This document shows, piece by piece, positions 7,585-12,317 of a stretch of 12,317 nt of DNA. Each line of letters starts with the position of its first letter. Within the stretch, counting starts at the first letter, position 1. This stretch comes from a bacterium (GTDB taxonomy: Bacteria > DUMJ01). Position numbers and translations under genes: made by a program. The notes under the pieces were generated by a model. That model made no database searches. It saw only the letters and a list, made by a program, of their open reading frames with translations, and was not told the DNA's origin. The DNA lies in the NCBI GenBank assembly GCA_049970495.1, contig JBMFMV010000056.1:1-12317 (forward strand). Reading direction: 5' to 3'.

Positions 7585-8189
7585 TTTATAAACCTCCCCA
7601 TCTCTTTCAGCACCCTTTCAACAATCTTTCCTGGATCTTCTGTTGCATCTATAACTAAATATCTATCTTTATAGAGCTCTGCCAGTTTGAGATATCCGTA
7701 CCTTACATTTCTCTGAAGATTTAGACCTTCTAATTCTATTCTATCTTTCTTTTTATCATCAAGTCTTTTGAAACATATATAAGGGTCTGCATCTAACAGA
7801 ATGGTAAGGTCAGGGTATATTCCCATAATTGCAGGTCTATTCACTTCATATATAAATCTTAAAGGTACCCCCTTCCCATACCCTTGATAGGCAAGAGAGG
7901 AATCCAAGTATCTTTCAGATATAACAACCTTACCCCTAGTTAGGGACGGCAAGATGACCTTCCTTACAAGAGCCGACCTACTTGTAGCATATAAATAGAC
8001 CTCCTCTACAGGTGATATGGAAGAATTCGGATCTAAAAGGAGATTTCTAATCTTTTCTCCAATAGGTGTCCCACCAGGTTCTCTAACCGATATAAAATCG
8101 ATACCTCTTTCCTTTAATCTTTCCTGTAAGAGGAGGTTTATAGTACTTTTCCCGCTACCATCTATTCCTTCTAAGGTAATAAAAGGCAT
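7581..8189 (-). CDS. tmk: Thymidylate (dTMP) kinase
   Basis: FITLEGIDGSGKST, REPGGT..GEKIR, ERYLDSSLAYQGYG, PDLTILLD, DRIE. TAATG overlap with the upstream gene. Confidence 0.96.
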   Translation of the reverse strand: MPFITLEGIDGSGKSTINLLLQERLKERGIDFISVREPGGTPIGEKIRNLLLDPNSSISPVEEVYLYATSRSALVRKVILPSLTRGKVVISERYLDSSLAYQGYGKGVPLRFIYEVNRPAIMGIYPDLTILLDADPYICFKRLDDKKKDRIELEGLNLQRNVRYGYLKLAELYKDRYLVIDATEDPGKIVERVLKEMGRFIK

Positions 8190-9694
8190 TAAGGTAATAT
8201 TCTTACTCTCCTATAAGGTTCTTCTCCGATACTCTCAGAACGGAAATTATACCTCTCTATAATCTGGTGCTGTAACTTTCTAATCTTAGCATTTTGTGGT
8301 GCAAGTTCCACCGGTTCTAACGTCTCCATAACACGTCTTATACCTTCGTCTATTTCTTCTAATATCTTGTTATACTCAGACTCTTCTTGATCTTCCCCAT
8401 TAAAATATCCTTTAAGAAAGTTCTTCATCTGAACAATTGTATTACTCTTTATAGAATATATAGGTATACTCCTATGAGCCTTGGCTATAAGTTTACTACC
8501 TTCTCTCTTTTCATGGGAGGTTAATGTAAGTATAAAATCTGCCTCGTCAAGTTTTTTGGTTATAAGAGCAGGAACATCCAGTTCTCTTATTGCCTTCTCT
8601 AATCTATTCCTGCTTATACCAAAAGGATAGACTTTAAGATAATGGTTTGTCTTTGAGAACCTCTCATCTACCTCCTCTATCGGCATAGAAGCTTCCTCTA
8701 TGACCTCGTATCCATATTCTCTCCTAGAACGTATCTCTGGTTTAGGGGAATAACCTCTTAACATATAATCTATCACTTGAGCCACATCATGATGGATAGC
8801 AAGCGTATCTCGATCTCTTATCTCTATAACAATATCAAATGTTGGAGGAGCTTTTCTCTCTAAAACAGTCTTCTGTGTTCCTCTCTTTTTAGCCTCTTCA
8901 TCACTCAGAGTTACCGCCTGAATACCTCCAACAAGATCAGAGAGAGTTGGATTTAGTAAGATGTTCTCAAGGTTTATCCCATGGGCAGTCCCAATAAGCT
9001 GAACACCTCGTTCTGCTATAGTTCTAGCTGCTTTAGCCTCCAATTCCGTCCCAATCTCATCTATCACTATAACTTCAGGCATATGATTTTCTACTGCTTC
9101 AATCATAACATCATGTTGCCTCTCCGGAGACGAAACCTGCATTCTCCTGGCCCTTCCTATAGCTGGGTGAGGTATATCACCATCCCCTCCTATTTCATTA
9201 GACGTATCTACTACAACAACTCTCTTCTTAAACTCATCGCTTAGAATCCTAGCTATTTCTCTAAGCATAGTAGTCTTACCAACGCCTGGCTTTCCTAATA
9301 AGAGAATACTTTTACCAGTCTCTATGACATCCCTTATAATATCAACTGTCCCATAGACTGCTCTTCCAACTCTTAAAGTAAGCCCTATTATATCTCCTTT
9401 TCTATTTCTTATACAGGAAATCCTATGGAGGGTTTTAGGTATACCTGCTCTATTATTACCATCAAAGCTACCAATCTTTGAGACAACATAATTTATGTCC
9501 TCGATAGTTATAGGTTTATCAGAGAGCAATATCCCTCCATTAGGAAACCTAGCTTCAGGCTCCCTACCTAAATCCACTACAATTTCTATCAGATCCTCCA
9601 ACCCTTCTATATTAGAAACCTTTTCCTTAAGGAGGGGAGGGAGGATACTTAATAATTCTTCCAAATTATCTGTAACTTGAATCCTTGGATTCAT
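8189..9694 (-). CDS. SpoIIIAA/Ycf45-like AAA ATPase with C-terminal R3H nucleic-acid-binding domain
   Basis: EIVVDLGR.PEARF, NRAGI..TLHRISCIRNR.G.IIGLTLRVGRAV, Walker A GKPGVGKT, VDTSNEIGGDGDIPHPAIG, Walker B VIVIDEIG, TAHG, and C-terminal R3H motif RKLQH...S.SIGEEPYRRVRI. Confidence 0.9.
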   Translation of the reverse strand: MNPRIQVTDNLEELLSILPPLLKEKVSNIEGLEDLIEIVVDLGREPEARFPNGGILLSDKPITIEDINYVVSKIGSFDGNNRAGIPKTLHRISCIRNRKGDIIGLTLRVGRAVYGTVDIIRDVIETGKSILLLGKPGVGKTTMLREIARILSDEFKKRVVVVDTSNEIGGDGDIPHPAIGRARRMQVSSPERQHDVMIEAVENHMPEVIVIDEIGTELEAKAARTIAERGVQLIGTAHGINLENILLNPTLSDLVGGIQAVTLSDEEAKKRGTQKTVLERKAPPTFDIVIEIRDRDTLAIHHDVAQVIDYMLRGYSPKPEIRSRREYGYEVIEEASMPIEEVDERFSKTNHYLKVYPFGISRNRLEKAIRELDVPALITKKLDEADFILTLTSHEKREGSKLIAKAHRSIPIYSIKSNTIVQMKNFLKGYFNGEDQEESEYNKILEEIDEGIRRVMETLEPVELAPQNAKIRKLQHQIIERYNFRSESIGEEPYRRVRILP

Positions 9695-9736
9695 CTGCTT
9701 CTCATACCTCTTTTATGAAAATATTTTACAATATCA

Positions 9737-9745
9737 ATTATACCA
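9737..9745 (-). promoter_or_regulatory. Extended -10 promoter element upstream of the R3H-ATPase/tmk gene run
   Basis: Minus strand TGGTATAAT (TGn + TATAAT) in the 55-nt intergenic gap, no recognisable -35. SD-like GAGGT at 9710-9706. Confidence 0.65.
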
Positions 9746-9749
9746 TAGT

Positions 9750-10922
9750 TTACCTTATATACATAGAGCCTATTACCTCTCCTGCCTCTAAGATAAGAGA
9801 CTCATCTGCTACTAAGGCAACTCTTATAAATCCTTCACCATGTTTCCCAAAGCTATCACCTGGTGAGACTACTATACCCTTCTCTTCTAAGAGTCTATTC
9901 GAAAATTCCTGTGAAGTGTATCCTTCTGGAATACGTAACCATACATACATAGTACCTTTAGGGATCTTAGGATAAACACCGTATTTATTTAGCGTGTTAA
10001 TAAATATATCTCTTCTCCTTTTATACGTCTCTACTGTCCTTTTTACTTCATCTAAGGATCCATTAAGGGCTGATATACAGGCATATTGAATAGCTTCAAA
10101 TACTCCATAGTCAATATAACTCTTAATCTGAGCTAATTTTGAAATAACTTCTTGATTCCCTACCACATAACCTGTTCTCCAACCAGCCATATTAAATGTC
10201 TTAGAAAAAGAATTAAACTCTACAGCCCTCTCTTTTGCCCCATCTAATTCTAATAAACTAGGTGCCCTATATCCATCAAAACAGATTTCAGAATAAGCCA
10301 AATCACTAACCACTACAAAATCGTATTTTTCTGCCAAGTTCAATACATCTCTATAAAAATCCTTATCCACAGTACTAGTTGTAGGATTATGTGGGAAACT
10401 TATTATCATAAGCTTTGTCTTATTAAGAACACTATTCGGTATCTCAGAGAGATCTGGGACAAAGTCATTCTTCTCCCTAAGTGGCAAGAAAAATACCTGT
10501 CCTCCGGCTATAAATGTTCCATTATAATGAGCTGGATAGGAAGGATTCAGAGTGATTGTATAGTCTCCAGGATCTATATAGGCTAACGCTAAGTGAGAGA
10601 TGCCCTCTTTGGACCCTATCAATGGAAGAACCTCTTTCTCAGGGTCTATATCTACATCAAATCTTCTCTTATACCATAAAGCTATACTTTCCCTCAGCTT
10701 GGGTAACCCTTTACTATTGGGATACCTATGTGTTTCACTATGATTACTTACAGTCTCTATCAGCGTCTCTACTATATGTCTAGGGGTTGGCAAATCGGGA
10801 CTTCCCATACCTAGGTCTATTACCCTCTTACCTTTCGCCTTTAATTCTAACTTCTTTGCATCTTGTATAGAAAACACATACGGTACTAATTGATTAAATC
10901 TTTTTGAAGGGTCTTTAGGCAT
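9750..10922 (-). CDS. PLP-dependent class I/II aminotransferase (LL-diaminopimelate aminotransferase/AlaC/MtnE-like)
   Basis: IDLGMGSPDLPTP, HRYP..KG, LIGSKEGI.HL, FPHNPT, DLAYSEI, PLP-lysine motif FNSFSKTFNMAGWRTG, PG..FG..GEGFIR.AL. SD AGGAG upstream. Exact specificity not resolvable. Confidence 0.88.
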   Translation of the reverse strand: MPKDPSKRFNQLVPYVFSIQDAKKLELKAKGKRVIDLGMGSPDLPTPRHIVETLIETVSNHSETHRYPNSKGLPKLRESIALWYKRRFDVDIDPEKEVLPLIGSKEGISHLALAYIDPGDYTITLNPSYPAHYNGTFIAGGQVFFLPLREKNDFVPDLSEIPNSVLNKTKLMIISFPHNPTTSTVDKDFYRDVLNLAEKYDFVVVSDLAYSEICFDGYRAPSLLELDGAKERAVEFNSFSKTFNMAGWRTGYVVGNQEVISKLAQIKSYIDYGVFEAIQYACISALNGSLDEVKRTVETYKRRRDIFINTLNKYGVYPKIPKGTMYVWLRIPEGYTSQEFSNRLLEEKGIVVSPGDSFGKHGEGFIRVALVADESLILEAGEVIGSMYIR

Positions 10923-11064
10923 AACTTCTTCTCCTCTCCTTTTCTAAGTTTTACTTAAACCCGCATTTCGCAGGTATTCATTTTCAATTATACTATACCT
11001 AATAGGATATAGGATATATAACAATGGCTTAAGCTTTCTGTCAAGGAGATTTAGGATAAAACCG

Positions 11065-11093
11065 TTGAATCCTTTGTGGACTTGTTCTACTAT
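11065..11093 (+). promoter_or_regulatory. Putative sigma70-type promoter for the AraC regulator
   Basis: TTGAAT (11065-11070), 17-nt spacer, TACTAT (11088-11093). Implies a transcription start near 11100. Confidence 0.55.
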
Positions 11094-11107
11094 TTTAATA
11101 GATAATA

Positions 11108-12049
11108 ATGGAAACCTATAAAGTGACTTTCCAGAGATATATAGAGTCAATCTCTAAGTTAAGTGGTATGGAGATATGTATATATGATCTTAGTTACTTT
11201 ACCTACAAAATTAGTGAACTTTATATAAACTGGAGCTTCAGGTCTCACAACTCTCCGTTGTGTATGCTAACTAAACTTTCAGATGAAAGGCATAGAGATT
11301 GTGTAAGGTTAGAGCATAGTCGATTAACAGATGCATTCAAAAGTAAGGAAGGATTTATTATTGAACCCTGTCACTGTGGTTTAGTAGATATAGTAGTTCC
11401 TGTAAGTTATGGAAATCAACTAGTAGGCGGTATATTTTTAGGACAGGTACTTTTAGATAACTACCCTGACTTTTCTATATATGAAAAGTATTTTAGGAAT
11501 CATAGCGATATAGATATTGAAGATATCTTAAGAGTAGTAAAAGATACTCCTATTAAGTCTTATAATGAGTTACTCTATTGGAAAGATATATGTAAACTAC
11601 TTGCTTCTTATATAGAGGAAAAGATAAAACTTCTTGAATTTAGAAAACAGCAGGAGGGAGATGCTTATTATATTTCTATTTTAGACATTCTACCAACTCT
11701 CTCTGAACCGATACAGAAAGCGGTAAATATTATAAAAAATAGAGCTACAAGGGGAATTAAATTACAGCAAGTAGCATCTGCTGTAGGATATAGTCCATCC
11801 CAGTTTAGTAGGAGATTTAAACAGGAGACAGGTATGACTTTTTCTCAGTGTCTCAAGATGTTAAAGATAGAACTGTCTCAGTATCTCTTAAAAGAATCCA
11901 ATAAAAATATATGCGAAATTGCCTTAGAAGTCGGTTATAGCGATGTTCCTTCTTTTTTAAGGGCTTTTAGAGAAGTGACCGGAATGACCCCTAAAGAATG
12001 GATAAAACATCATGTTCCTATAAGGGCATATAGAGAAAACGCCTTTTAG
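11108..12049 (+). CDS. AraC-family transcriptional regulator with N-terminal PocR ligand-binding domain
   Basis: N-terminal Cys/His pattern (SPLC...DC...PCHCGLVDIVVPV...GGIFLGQV) typical of PocR domains. C-terminal AraC double HTH (LQQVASAVGYSPSQFSRRFKQETG...ICEIALEVGYSDVPSFLRAFREVTGMTPKEW). Confidence 0.92.
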   Translation: METYKVTFQRYIESISKLSGMEICIYDLSYFTYKISELYINWSFRSHNSPLCMLTKLSDERHRDCVRLEHSRLTDAFKSKEGFIIEPCHCGLVDIVVPVSYGNQLVGGIFLGQVLLDNYPDFSIYEKYFRNHSDIDIEDILRVVKDTPIKSYNELLYWKDICKLLASYIEEKIKLLEFRKQQEGDAYYISILDILPTLSEPIQKAVNIIKNRATRGIKLQQVASAVGYSPSQFSRRFKQETGMTFSQCLKMLKIELSQYLLKESNKNICEIALEVGYSDVPSFLRAFREVTGMTPKEWIKHHVPIRAYRENAF

Positions 12050-12082
12050 CATATAATGCTAGTTTTTTAGCAAGATTTGCTA
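12047..12082 (+). promoter_or_regulatory. Tandem AraC-type binding sites (TAGCA-N5-TGCTA x2, 21-bp period)
   Basis: TAGCATATAATGCTA at 12047-12061 and TAGCAAGATTTGCTA at 12068-12082. The second overlaps or abuts -35 candidates (TTGCTA 12077-12082 with TAGAAT 12101-12106, or TTGAAT 12083-12088 with TAAATT 12106-12111). Confidence 0.65.
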
Positions 12083-12162
12083 TTGAATTATTCTTATCTG
12101 TAGAATAAATTCAATATTAGAAATGGAAACTTCTAAGACTACTATACGAGGAGGTGTTTTTG

Positions 12163-12317
12163 ATGTATAAATTTTTTAGATTTGTTATTCTATGCTTTGT
12201 TATTATCAGTTTACTTATAGGGATAGTTCCAATTACCTTTGCCCAAAAGGAAATCCAAGGGGTGAAGGTATACAACAGTCCAGCAGAGTATCAGAAGGCT
12301 ACCGGAAGAAAGATAGT
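12163..12317 (+). CDS. Secreted ABC transporter substrate-binding protein (probably family 5); partial, runs off the right edge
   Basis: SD GAGGAGGTG at 12148-12156, ATG 12163. Translation MYKFFRFVILCFVIISLLIGIVPITFAQKEIQGVKVYNSPAEYQKATGRKI... gives a Sec signal peptide (TFA-Q cleavage) followed by a Y..PAEY.KATG.KI segment I associate with family-5 SBP N-termini. Only 51 aa visible. Confidence 0.7.
   Translation, partial: MYKFFRFVILCFVIISLLIGIVPITFAQKEIQGVKVYNSPAEYQKATGRKI

Noticed and set aside
9691..9705. Mini-ORF ATG AGA AGC AGA TGA (MRSR) overlapping the R3H-ATPase start as ATGA
   Set aside because: The GAGGT SD abuts this ATG with zero spacing and fits the main ATG (11 nt away) better; no evidence the mini-ORF is translated.
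2180..10783. Short plus-strand ORFs (2180, 3567, 4040, 5987, 7262, 8017, 8981, 9495, 9685, 10389, 10556) and the minus-strand alternate-frame ORF 7241-7423
   Set aside because: All lie wholly or mostly over well-supported genes, have shadow-frame composition and show no recognisable motifs.
9750..10922. Assigning the symbol dapL to the aminotransferase
   Set aside because: The motifs are shared with AlaC/MtnE-like enzymes and no lysine-pathway genes are nearby; a profile search or phylogeny is needed.
10944..11150. 68-aa minus-strand ORF spanning the divergent intergenic region
   Set aside because: It overlaps the AraC start and both candidate promoters, has no convincing SD and resembles no family I know.
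12117..12136. TTAGAA-N8-TTCTAA inverted repeat, whose AATGGAAAC core also occurs at the AraC start (11107-11115)
   Set aside because: Short AT-rich matches are expected by chance at this composition, and there is no central CG of a LacI operator.
1..12317. CRISPR array, IS element, prophage or defence system
   Set aside because: I found no regularly spaced repeats, transposase, integrase, nuclease or toxin-antitoxin-like ORFs; nearly all sequence is explained by housekeeping or transport genes.

Overview
AT-rich bacterial chromosomal window, mostly housekeeping. One long, tightly coupled minus-strand gene run reads: class I/II aminotransferase > R3H-domain AAA ATPase > tmk > MscS > darA (c-di-AMP receptor) > holB > ricT/PSP1 > PfkB-family kinase > YabB/TrmN6-type methyltransferase > YaaO-like PLP decarboxylase > two deoxynucleoside kinases. 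A separately promoted, partial DppB/OppB permease follows. This is a rearranged version of the Bacillus yaaO-tmk-darA-holB-ricT-yabA-yabB locus. A PocR-domain AraC regulator and the start of a family-5 ABC solute-binding protein lie on the plus strand at the right end. Main oddities: (1) a complete tRNA-Leu(CAG) gene with a perfect TTGACA-16-TATAAT promoter nested antisense inside the 3' end of the ricT reading frame, which stays open across it and ends in an ATGA overlap with the next gene; (2) the methyltransferase appears to start at a non-canonical ATA codon; (3) an MscS channel inserted between tmk and darA; (4) a 21-bp-periodic TAGCA-N5-TGCTA AraC-type operator pair. No mobile elements, CRISPR arrays or defence genes were seen. 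All calls come from motif recognition by eye; no database search was run.
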